Below, in pieces: positions 46,000-55,600 of a DNA stretch of 64,000 bases. Position numbers and translations under genes: made by a program. The notes beneath the pieces are model-generated. The model did not search any database. It saw only the letters and a list, made by a program, of their open reading frames with translations, and had not been told where the DNA came from. Location of the stretch: positions 1 to 64,000 of IMG/VR virus record IMGVR_UViG_3300035180_001220; one strand, written 5' to 3'. Position 1 is the stretch's first letter. Every line of letters begins with the position of its first letter. The DNA is from a virus (Duplodnaviria; Caudoviricetes).

Positions 46000-46520
46000 A
46001 AATCTTTAGCATGATTTGTGCCGTCTCTTTAGACGGTATTATCGGTGATACAGAAATAAATGCTATCCCGTGGTATCTTCCATCTGACTTGAAGCATTTC
46101 AAGGAAGTAACATTAGGCAAGACTGTTGTAATGGGTTCAAGAACCTATCGAAGCATTGGTAAGGCTCTACCCAATCGGCACAATGTTGTTATCAGTAGAA
46201 CTCCTTTCGTTGAGGAGGGTGTTAATGTTATCTACCGTGGCTTCAATGAAGTCTATCGATATGAGCCAGAAGGTTTCTTTGTTATAGGTGGAGAACATAT
46301 CTACGCTGAAGCCCTGAAGCATTCGCCCATGACATTGTACATCACTATTGTTAAGATGACTCCTGACGGTGATGTTCGCTTCCCTATAGCAGGAAGAAGA
46401 TTCATGCAGGATGAAGTTACAACTTCGACTGGCTTGAAGTATAATTGCATAAGCCGTTCTGAATGGCAAAAGGAAAATGAAATTGAATTCCAGCATACCG
46501 TCTTTAGGCTAGCATCTTAG
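45996..46520 (+). CDS. folA: dihydrofolate reductase
   Basis: IPW.LPSDLKHFK..T.G..VVMG.RTY.SI..LP.R.N; VIGG..IY. Confidence 0.93.
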   Translation: MKIFSMICAVSLDGIIGDTEINAIPWYLPSDLKHFKEVTLGKTVVMGSRTYRSIGKALPNRHNVVISRTPFVEEGVNVIYRGFNEVYRYEPEGFFVIGGEHIYAEALKHSPMTLYITIVKMTPDGDVRFPIAGRRFMQDEVTTSTGLKYNCISRSEWQKENEIEFQHTVFRLAS

Positions 46521-46757
46521 TGACTCGAATACCAAGATAAAAATCTTTGAAATTTTTACTCCTCTATTATAAAATGTGGCATATTTAAATTTATTTTCTG
46601 TGCACCATGTAGATAATGATCTTACTATTATCGTGGGCTCTCCAGATTGGAATTCTATTTGTCAGTCGCATGCCCGCACTTTATTTTTACATCGATACCC
46701 AATGTAAAAATGATTAGTTATTTTATGGGTAAGCTTATAGACGTAGGGATAGTTCAT
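46520..46757 (-). pseudogene. internally deleted GIY-YIG endonuclease remnant
   Basis: MNYPYVYKLTHKITNHFYIGYR then a stop. Confidence 0.6.
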
Positions 46758-46758
46758 T

Positions 46759-47337
46759 ATGAATTTAGGTAAAACGATAAGAGTATTCATAGATTGTGAG
46801 TTCACTGACTTCATGAACTCGGATCTTATCTCTATTGGCCTCGCTGCTGACAATGGGGATGAATTCTATGGTGAGAATTCCGAGTTCATCAGACCGTGGG
46901 CCACTGACTTTGTAAAGAAAACAGTTTACCCGCTACTTACTCCTGAAAAATGCGCCTACCGGCGCATCGAGCTTTCAGCTCGTGTCTGGAGTTGGATAGA
47001 GGAACTTCCAGCAGAATTTGTAATTATCACTGCTGACTACAAGACTGATCTTGAACTGCTGGTAAAGCTCTTTGACGAGGATGTTCACCCAAAGATTCTT
47101 GAAATGCAGAACATCTTCAACAACATCTACTATGCGTGTGATGCACATACGACAGCGATGGGTGGTTCTAGTGATGATTACGATATGCTTAAGACGAGAG
47201 TAAAATCAAAATATGAGCTCTATCACATGGACTACTTCTTTCGCACGAAGGAACTCCCGCACCATGCTCTGTCAGATGCAAGGGCAAACAGAGAAGCCTA
47301 CACGAAAATCATTAACGAGTTTGGACTGCCACGATGA
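46759..47337 (+). CDS. DEDD 3'-5' exoribonuclease (Rv2179c-like)
   Basis: FIDCEFTD, LISIGL, HHALSDA. Confidence 0.82.
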   Translation: MNLGKTIRVFIDCEFTDFMNSDLISIGLAADNGDEFYGENSEFIRPWATDFVKKTVYPLLTPEKCAYRRIELSARVWSWIEELPAEFVIITADYKTDLELLVKLFDEDVHPKILEMQNIFNNIYYACDAHTTAMGGSSDDYDMLKTRVKSKYELYHMDYFFRTKELPHHALSDARANREAYTKIINEFGLPR

Positions 47338-47741
47338 ATTTTTTTAACCGCAAATTGAGCAGTGACGCTTTCACCAGCCTGATTGATGCTAGCACTACAG
47401 TGGAAGGAAATGTTTCCTTCTCAGGAATATTAAAGATTCAGGGTGTCTTTAATGGTGATATAATTAGAAAAACATCTGAAGACAAAGAGTGCTTGATAAT
47501 CACGAATGAAGGTAGAGTATCAAGCAACAAGGTAAATGTTTTCGACGCTGTTATTTCGGGTAATCTCACTGCAGAATGTCTTTGGGTTGAATCTACTCTT
47601 AGGATTACGGCTAACGCAGTAATCAATGCAAAGCAAATCTACTACCGGATTTTAGAGATAGAGCCCGGTGCCAAGATTACTGGTCAAATGCTTCACCTGG
47701 ACATGAGCAGCGTCGGTGAAGCGATTGACTCAGTGATGTAA
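47334..47741 (+). CDS. bactofilin (polymer-forming cytoskeletal protein)
   Basis: SLI...TVEGNV.F.G.L.I.G...G.I...LEIEPGAKI.G. Confidence 0.85.
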   Translation: MNFFNRKLSSDAFTSLIDASTTVEGNVSFSGILKIQGVFNGDIIRKTSEDKECLIITNEGRVSSNKVNVFDAVISGNLTAECLWVESTLRITANAVINAKQIYYRILEIEPGAKITGQMLHLDMSSVGEAIDSVM

Positions 47742-48001
47742 ATAATGCATTAGCAGCAACAAGTCCTGGGTCGCTGTATCTACGTTTCATCCGCTGAGAA
47801 GACTCTTCAGTGCGTGAAGTTCCTTTGGGTGGGGCTATGATGTTCAACTGATGCAGGTGGATGAGAATGGTTATCAGACCCTGATATGCAAGGTGTAACG
47901 GTGTTTCACAAAGTAACCCCAATTTTGTTACTTTGTTACCAAAATAACTGTTTACTTTTGTCAGGTCATGGTGTATAATCTTAATATCTAAAGACAAAAG
48001 G

Positions 48002-48601
48002 ATGATGAAAATGAACAAGCTCTCAGCTATCGTGTTGGCAATCGCTGCATTTTCAGCGAACGCTCAGACAGTAAACTCAAATGGCACTTACAACTACGTG
48101 CCAAACGCTGCTGAACGAGTTCCTGATGGCGCTTCTGGTCCAGGAATTGTTTACACCCAGCGAACAACCGGCACCATCATTTCTGTTGGTGCTCCTGTCT
48201 ACAAGAATGTTACAGTCGGGCAGATTTGTAATCAACCTCAACCTCAATATCACCAGCAGCAGAACGGTTCTGCCTTGAATATGGGCACCGTTATCGGTGG
48301 TATTGCTGGCGCAATCGTTGGTAATCAAGTTGGTGGACGTGGCGATGGAAAGACTGCTGCTACTGCATTGGGAGCTGTCACTGGAGCTTTTGTTGGAAAT
48401 AACATGAACCAACAGTCAAATGTTCAGCCACAATACCAGCAAGGAACTGGTTGCCAACTTCAATTCGAACCGCAATTGGTTGGATATTACTACACAGTCC
48501 AATATCAGCATCTTCAAATGCAGGGATTCATGGCTCGACTACCACAAGTTGGTGAAACTGCTGAAGTTATTATTCGCAGTACCTTCTACGCAGCACAGTA
48601 A
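48002..48601 (+). CDS. glycine-zipper 2TM protein (YcfJ-like)
   Basis: Signal peptide; GTVIGGIAGAIVGNQVGG..GK.AATALGAVTG. Confidence 0.88.
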   Translation: MMKMNKLSAIVLAIAAFSANAQTVNSNGTYNYVPNAAERVPDGASGPGIVYTQRTTGTIISVGAPVYKNVTVGQICNQPQPQYHQQQNGSALNMGTVIGGIAGAIVGNQVGGRGDGKTAATALGAVTGAFVGNNMNQQSNVQPQYQQGTGCQLQFEPQLVGYYYTVQYQHLQMQGFMARLPQVGETAEVIIRSTFYAAQ

Positions 48602-48639
48602 TAGTTCTCTAAACCAAACACAGGGCACTTTTGTTTCGC

Positions 48640-48999
48640 TTAAAGCGGTTGCGCTAACCCTGCTTCTAAAGGATTTTGAATACCTCTAGGAATCATCGAA
48701 GGGTCTAGAATATCTTCTTCACGTTCACCAGTTCGGAGAGCGTGCAAACAAGCTGCAATGGTGTCATCTTCAAGAGCTTCAATAAAGTGTGACTTACCTT
48801 TTGCTATAAAGATAAGATGTGGTGCAGCAAATTCTGTAACCTCACCGTCAACATGAACTTTTACGCTGCCTCGAGAAAGCATTGTTATATGATCAAAGTT
48901 GTGAACGTGACCTTCATTCATATCACCAGCCTTATGAAAGTGCATTTGGCGAATCCATAGATTGGAAACGCAGACCATAGTTGTTTCTGGATAACTCAT
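48640..48999 (-). CDS. cupin-domain protein
   Basis: GHVHNFDH...G.V...H.I.ALED...C.H. Confidence 0.85.
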   Translation of the reverse strand: MSYPETTMVCVSNLWIRQMHFHKAGDMNEGHVHNFDHITMLSRGSVKVHVDGEVTEFAAPHLIFIAKGKSHFIEALEDDTIAACLHALRTGEREEDILDPSMIPRGIQNPLEAGLAQPL

Positions 49000-49385
49000 A
49001 ATGTTGTAACTGGGATAGCTGTTGGATTATTAATGATGACGCCAAATTTGACAAGGACTGCAGCAATCTTCTTTTCAAATTCAACCTGCGCCCACATTTG
49101 CTGATTAGCTAGTTCTGTCGGATCAATCGCAGGTACATTTACTGGTGCATTCTTATCGAACGTTAATGTACCAGAATGTCCAACATTCACCGTCTGAAAT
49201 GTTGCTATTGAATTTTCCCACATTGATGATGGCGCATACTGCTGGATCATCTGTGTCAAATCTTGCCCAACAAGCGGAATAGGCATCCCTACATCCACTG
49301 GCTCAAAACCGTCTGCTGTATAGCGTACCTCCATAACCTTACGGTCGGTATCTGTTCGTGTAACTTCAAATGTGTAATTAATCAT
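48996..49385 (-). CDS. tail-fibre-associated hypothetical protein
   Basis: In the tail-fibre operon. Confidence 0.6.
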   Translation of the reverse strand: MINYTFEVTRTDTDRKVMEVRYTADGFEPVDVGMPIPLVGQDLTQMIQQYAPSSMWENSIATFQTVNVGHSGTLTFDKNAPVNVPAIDPTELANQQMWAQVEFEKKIAAVLVKFGVIINNPTAIPVTTL

Positions 49386-49447
49386 TTATTTCTCCTTACC
49401 AAGTTGTTGGACCATTTACCCAACATGTTGCTGTTAATCTTCTTCCT

Positions 49448-49894
49448 CTAGTAACTGGCGTTACTCTGTGTCTCAAAAATAGATGGGAATACCACAATTG
49501 ACCCCTTACTTAACTGCACTGGTTCAGGTGCATTCTCAAGTTCGAGCTGACCACCATCAAAATCTTCAGTACTGTTAAGCAGACAAATGGCTGTTAGTTT
49601 TCTAGTAATAGGATTATCTGACAATAGGTACGTGTCAGTATGCCAATTATAAAACTGTCCTTCAGTATATGAAGCAATCTGCACATACTGGGGTGAGGTA
49701 ACTTTTCTATTCCACCCTGCCATCCAATGCCATCCACTAATAATTCCAACATTAGAGTTTCTTACATTTTCAATTTGGCCTGAAAATGTTGCCCCTTGAT
49801 GTAATTCAAGATCTGATATTTCTTTTAGAAAACATTCTAAAAGTTCAGGAGACAATGCTACATCCCATTTCCAAAAAGGTGATAAGTGATTCAT
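49448..49894 (-). CDS. 2OG-Fe(II) oxygenase (apparently deleted/frameshifted)
   Basis: Y..G.FY.WHTD, RKLT...L, FDGG.LE, GS.VVFPS; distal H..R motif shifted out of frame. Confidence 0.75.
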   Translation of the reverse strand: MNHLSPFWKWDVALSPELLECFLKEISDLELHQGATFSGQIENVRNSNVGIISGWHWMAGWNRKVTSPQYVQIASYTEGQFYNWHTDTYLLSDNPITRKLTAICLLNSTEDFDGGQLELENAPEPVQLSKGSIVVFPSIFETQSNASY

Positions 49895-49912
49895 GATGAT
49901 ATACGTTATTAG

Positions 49913-51733
49913 TTAGGCTAGAGCGCCATATCTGGCGCCAACTGCTGCCCACGTTATATTTACATTACCACTAGTGCATGCTCCACCTGCTCCACCTGCT
50001 GAAGCAGAAGTAACATTTCCCCAAGAGGTAATACCTGGCTGAACTGAACCTGCTGCACCACTTTGACCTGCTGCTCCCAAGCTACCACCTGCTCCGCCAT
50101 TACCGCCTGCGACAATATAAGCATTATCGTAATAGGTATATGCAATACCACCAAGTCCATAAATTGGTCCTACCGCTCCACCTGCAGTTAATGAACCTGA
50201 TGTACCTGGATATGGGTTGTCATTACCAGAAGCTCTACTACCAGAGTAACCAACTGAACCGCTGTTACTTCCATTAACACCACCACCAGCTCCAGCATTC
50301 GCGCCTGCGCCGCCTCCGCCGCCTCCGCCGCCTGCATAAACGGTTTTTATGCCGCCCTTGCCAAAATTAGTCTGGCCGTAAATGTACTGACCCATACCTC
50401 CCGCTCCGCCGCCACCACCGATAATGTTGTTATTTGTTACTGTGATTGCCTGCTGTGCTAACATTGCTGGCCCACCAGCACTGCCATTAGCATTACCGCC
50501 CGCTCCAACAATGTAACCGTTGTTAGTTAGGTTAATTATATCTGACCCACTCCATCCAGTGCCAGTATCAAAAGCGAAGTTAGCAATAGATGATGCGCCT
50601 ACGACAACGCCTGGATTAACGTTTACATTTATAGTTGTTCCTGGAGCATATGTTCCATTAATTGTCACTGCTGAACCGTACTGGCTATTAATCCTATTGT
50701 CAAATAAAACAAAATTCTGAACGTTACCAGTAATCGTAATGTACATTGCTGGTGGCGGAGGAACATATGATGCATCTAGTGTTGTGGTAGTAGATATAGA
50801 TGGCACTATAAGTGCCAAACTAGAAGCTTTTAAGATAGTCACATTTACTGTTGTTCCAGGACTAACATTGTCAACAGTGTTAGTATATTCGTCAGTGAAT
50901 GTAACTCTAAAATTAAGTGTAAGCCCATTACCACCATTTACGCCAGCTACATTTGACGTGGATGCTTCAATATAATAGTCATTGGCGCTATAAGCACCAC
51001 CACCAGAATTTACTCCATTATAAATGGTTTGCCAAGTTCCATTTAGCTGATAGTATCCTATGCCAGTAGCATTCCCAGTAGCTCCAGATATTTTATATGA
51101 ATTGTTCCCTCTGAAAGCAGCCACTACTCCATTCAATGCATTTGCCCATGCTGCATCTTGAGGTGTAACACCACTAGGATGGCTTAGTGCAAAGCGAACT
51201 TCTCCACCAGTATTGAAGAAAAAACGAACCTGATCTTCATTTATGAAGGTCATGCTATATTCAGCAGATATGGAAATGTTGTTAGATGCATTACCCCAAG
51301 CATATGACCTAACAGTTGTCGTGCCTGCTACTACAGACATATTTCCTATTAAGTAATTAAATCTGTTAGCATCCAGAGCACTAAGCATAGTTACTAAGTC
51401 GTAAGAAGGATTGCCAGCAGGATATGCTTTGATGTTATTTCCGGCATTAAAATCAGTACTAGGTGGTACTGTTACAGTACTAGTTCCCTGCCAAGCAGCA
51501 AGATTAGATATAACTGTTCTTAAATCCTGCCATTCTTGGCCAATTACACTACCTATGGTCTTAACTCCCAAATTAGGAGTAGTTTGCCCATATCCTCTAT
51601 CTCCATAGCCAACACCCCACAAATAACCTGCTTTAGCAACAGCAGCTGCTGCATTTGGTGCAGCAGCTGCTGTTAGGCCTGCAAGAGCTGTATAGTCAGT
51701 GGTAGCTATATTACTGTTTTGCGAATATGTCAT
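49913..51733 (-). CDS. virion structural/tail fibre protein, Gly-rich C-terminus
   Basis: G.GDRGYGQ, RFFFNTGG, poly-Gly stretches. Confidence 0.75.
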   Translation of the reverse strand: MTYSQNSNIATTDYTALAGLTAAAAPNAAAAVAKAGYLWGVGYGDRGYGQTTPNLGVKTIGSVIGQEWQDLRTVISNLAAWQGTSTVTVPPSTDFNAGNNIKAYPAGNPSYDLVTMLSALDANRFNYLIGNMSVVAGTTTVRSYAWGNASNNISISAEYSMTFINEDQVRFFFNTGGEVRFALSHPSGVTPQDAAWANALNGVVAAFRGNNSYKISGATGNATGIGYYQLNGTWQTIYNGVNSGGGAYSANDYYIEASTSNVAGVNGGNGLTLNFRVTFTDEYTNTVDNVSPGTTVNVTILKASSLALIVPSISTTTTLDASYVPPPPAMYITITGNVQNFVLFDNRINSQYGSAVTINGTYAPGTTINVNVNPGVVVGASSIANFAFDTGTGWSGSDIINLTNNGYIVGAGGNANGSAGGPAMLAQQAITVTNNNIIGGGGGAGGMGQYIYGQTNFGKGGIKTVYAGGGGGGGGAGANAGAGGGVNGSNSGSVGYSGSRASGNDNPYPGTSGSLTAGGAVGPIYGLGGIAYTYYDNAYIVAGGNGGAGGSLGAAGQSGAAGSVQPGITSWGNVTSASAGGAGGACTSGNVNITWAAVGARYGALA

Positions 51734-51804
51734 TTTGTAAAAGAAGTCCTTAACTGGTATTATTTAGTAGTGAAGTCTATCAGATCATTTCGCTGCCAGG
51801 GCTG

Positions 51805-52629
51805 CTAGCGAATTTTCGCAAGCAGCCCTGTGATAGCTTCAATCAGCAAAGGAGCAAGACGTTCATATTGGACTGTCTTGTAATTCTCTCCGCTAATAGA
51901 TTGACTAGTAGTTCCTTCATCTCTAGAGATATCGAATGGTGCTGCTTGAACTGCTTCAGGAACAACAGCTTCAACTTCCTGAGCTGATACACCTACTTGA
52001 ACACGTTCATCGGTGAAGCCATATGATTTACCAAGTGCATTTACTGTGTAGTAGAATCCGGATAGCTTATTTACCTTATCCAATGCTCCAACTATTTCGC
52101 CAGTCCTGTCTTTAAGACGCACGTCAGAATAGAATGCTGCAACATCGCCTGCTGCATATAACGTGCCATTGACTTGGAATGAAGAGTTATTATAGGTTTG
52201 AACTAAGCTTGCACTAGTAGAGAAAATACCAGTTGTGTATGTTTCATTGTACCAGCCAGCATTGCCAGCAGTTCTCCACCATCCATCAGTTCCATTTGTA
52301 TGAGCATATGCATTTGACAAGGTATTTGCACTACCAGAAATGCTGATGTTATAAGTAGCAGCATTATCGATTACAACTTTGTTCCAAGCTGAAGCGCCAT
52401 TACCATTTGTGGAACGATAGTATAAGTTGTTTGTGTAGAAATCTGCAGATAACTGCATCGCATAATAGTTAGTGCTGTTGCTGTGGGTGGTGCTAAGTAG
52501 GTGATAATATCCGCTGGAGGTTACTGACCAACCAGTTGCTGCAGTTGCCGATATTGCTGCAGTTGAAGAAATGCCAGCCATCGCGTTATAGTGTGGTGCT
52601 TGGATTATCCCAGCTTGTTGATATGACAT
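51805..52629 (-). CDS. chimeric tail fibre fragment with peptidase S74 chaperone
   Basis: FYSDVRLK...GVSAQEV..VVPEAV...V.YERL.PLLIEAI. Confidence 0.8.
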   Translation of the reverse strand: MSYQQAGIIQAPHYNAMAGISSTAAISATAATGWSVTSSGYYHLLSTTHSNSTNYYAMQLSADFYTNNLYYRSTNGNGASAWNKVVIDNAATYNISISGSANTLSNAYAHTNGTDGWWRTAGNAGWYNETYTTGIFSTSASLVQTYNNSSFQVNGTLYAAGDVAAFYSDVRLKDRTGEIVGALDKVNKLSGFYYTVNALGKSYGFTDERVQVGVSAQEVEAVVPEAVQAAPFDISRDEGTTSQSISGENYKTVQYERLAPLLIEAITGLLAKIR

Positions 52630-52630
52630 T

Positions 52631-55600
52631 TTACTTCTTGCTCAATTCATTTTCAAGGAGTGCAACTCTAGCATCCAGTGCCTTTATAGCTTCAATAAGA
52701 ACAGGGACTATTTTAGAGTAGTCAACTGTCTTGTAAACATCGCCATCAATTTGAACAGAGTCAGTTACTATTTCTGGCATTACAGCTTCGACTTGGTCTG
52801 CAAGAATACCATAGTCATGTTTACCAGCCTTGAATGAAGTGTGGGCAATTCCCGACTTCCAGTCAAATGTACCACCGTCAAGCTGTTTAAGAATACTAAT
52901 TGGGTTAGCAATAACTTTGAAGTTTTCCTTAAGGCGTGGGTCAGAGTAAGCAGTTACATTACCGCCAGCCACCATATTACCAGATGGATCTGAGTACCAA
53001 GACCATGCTGCGCGATTCCACCCGCCTAGACCAAAATAGCCATCAGCTCTAATACCCATCTTAACAGCGTAAGCATCATTCCAGAAAGTCATACCAGCAA
53101 GATTTGAATCACCTGTACCACTAGCCCTGACAATCACTGAACCTCTAGTAGCACCACCATCTTGAGACATTGCCATGCTAGTTGTTACACCAAACATAGG
53201 ATTTGTCTGTTGTGTTGCTGAGAAGTAGGTAGCATTTCCTACCGTCAAGTTATTAGCAGTACCAGTTGCGTTGGTAAGAACAACAGCTGAAGGCGTGCCA
53301 AGGTTTGGGGTTACAAGCGTTGGAGATGTAGATAGAACAACAGCTCCGGTACCAGTTGAAGAACCAAATCCTGCAGACCATGTACCACTCGTAATTGTTC
53401 CTAGCGTTGTAATTTGGGATTGATTTGCAAGAACGCTAATAGTGTTACCAGAGATACCAACACCGGTTCCAGCTGAAAGAACAGCAGCGCTGAACTGTGC
53501 CCACGTAACAGGAGATGTATCTACCGTAGTTACTGTTGATGTAACTATCCAGCCTGTATTTGACTGAGATGTTCCGCTTGTTACAAGAACAGCAGCACCA
53601 TTGAACTCATTAATTGGTGTTGATGCATCCATATCAGCTGCCCGAGACCAAGCTGAAGTGCTTACAACGTAGATACCATTTTCAGAAGATGTAGTTTGGT
53701 TCTTTACGAGAACTCTTGTGCCAACTGTAACCGCGATGCCATCAATAGTTTGCGTTCCACTACGTGTGATGTTAGTGGTAGTAGCAACTAAGACCGTGTT
53801 CTTCCAGGTCAATCCTGCGGCTACAGCGTCAACGTAGTTCTTATTAGCTACTTGTGTTCCCAATGTAGGAGTGTCGGCTACTGTAATGCTTTGACCGGTA
53901 GGAATGGTAATTGAACCAGTCATTACCCCGCCACTCAGCGACAGCTTAGACGTGTCACTAGGGTGAACGTGATCAGCGCGAGCAACTTCAAAATCATAAC
54001 CAACAGCAGCAGTTCCATCCATTAGTGGGACAGTGCTTGAAAGTCCTGTAATCGAGTTGAATGAAACACCCGTAGCAATGCCAATGCTTGGCGCTACAAG
54101 AAGAGGACCATTGTTGAATACAAGTTGACCAGTTCCAGTCTCATCAGAGATAACACCGGCGAGTTGCGCTGAAGTTGTAGATGCAAACTGCGCTAGAGGA
54201 CCACTTGTTACTGCGGTGGCTGGATCGCTGGGGTGAACGTGATCTTGTCTAGCGACAAGAGTGGATGTTCCAACAGTAGCTGCACCAGGGACCAGCGGTG
54301 TTGCAACTGCAAGGCCAGTAATAGAGTTGAATGAGGTACCAGTAGCAACGCCGATATTAGGAGTTACAAGGATTGCTCCAGCTATTGTTGGTGAAGTGTC
54401 CATTACAAACTTGGAACCAGTACCAGTTTGAGATGCTACAGACGTAGCGTTTCCAACAGAGGTAATTGGACCGGTTAGGTTTGCATTAGTCGTGACTGTA
54501 GAAGCATTACCAGTTAAGTTACCGGTGAATGTAGTCGCGTAAACATTCTGCCAAACAGCAGAAGGCGTACCAATCGTGTAGCTGTTGGTAGCAGATGGAA
54601 CCATTGATCCACCAATGCTACCACCGCTTGAGCTAGCTGGTGTATATCCAAGCGCTGTGATAATATCGGCTGAAGAAATAGTAGTTCCGATAGTAATACG
54701 GCCCTTTGCATCAACAGTAACTTTCGTATATGTTCCTGCCGTAACACCAGTGTTACCGAGAGTTGCAGTAAGAATAACGTCAGACGTACCATCAATGTTT
54801 GGAGTTGATCCAAGAAGATCACCAGAAAGATTTATCTTTCTAGCATTCTTCCAGCTGGTGGCGGTGCTTGCATTACCGATAAGATCAGCAGTAACAATAC
54901 CAGCAGCGAAACTTCCAGCTGCATCTCTAGCAACCAATGTTGATCCCACGTTCGCAGCTGTCGCATTAGAGGTAATGGTTGGATTGCCAGAAACACCATC
55001 AGGGTTAGTAATTGAAATACCAAGACCGCTTACGGCTAGACTTATCGTGTTAAAGCTGTTAGTGCCAATATTAGCAAGTAAACCAGTAGAGCTTACACTT
55101 GAAATACTTGTTAGATTTCCATTTAACGGTTGAGCATCGGTGATTCCGTAACCATTAAGAGTTGTTGGCTTACCATCTATAGATGTCCACGCAAGAGTTG
55201 AAGTACCTGCAGTGACGCGACCGTATGTATCAACCGTAATGCCTGCATAATTTCCAGCAGCAACTCCAGTAGTTGCAAGGTCAATGTTGTCAGCATTAAC
55301 TACGATGCGGGAGGTTGAAGCTGTGCCAATGTCAAACGTGTGACCAGTAAGAGTAAGACCAGCTCCTGCAGTGAAGTCACCTGGACGGCTAAAGACCGTG
55401 AAAATAAGTGCGGTAACATCAACGGTGATAGTGCCAGTGGTTGTTAAAACCCATGAGCTGTTACCAGAAGATGTACCAACAGCAACGTAGATAAGCGCGC
55501 CAGTTTTAATCTCAACTACTGGCTGATTGTTAGAATCAAGGTTGTCAAAGTCAGTGGCTCTAGCCCAAGCGTCACTTGCTGCAGTGTAAATACCATTTGC

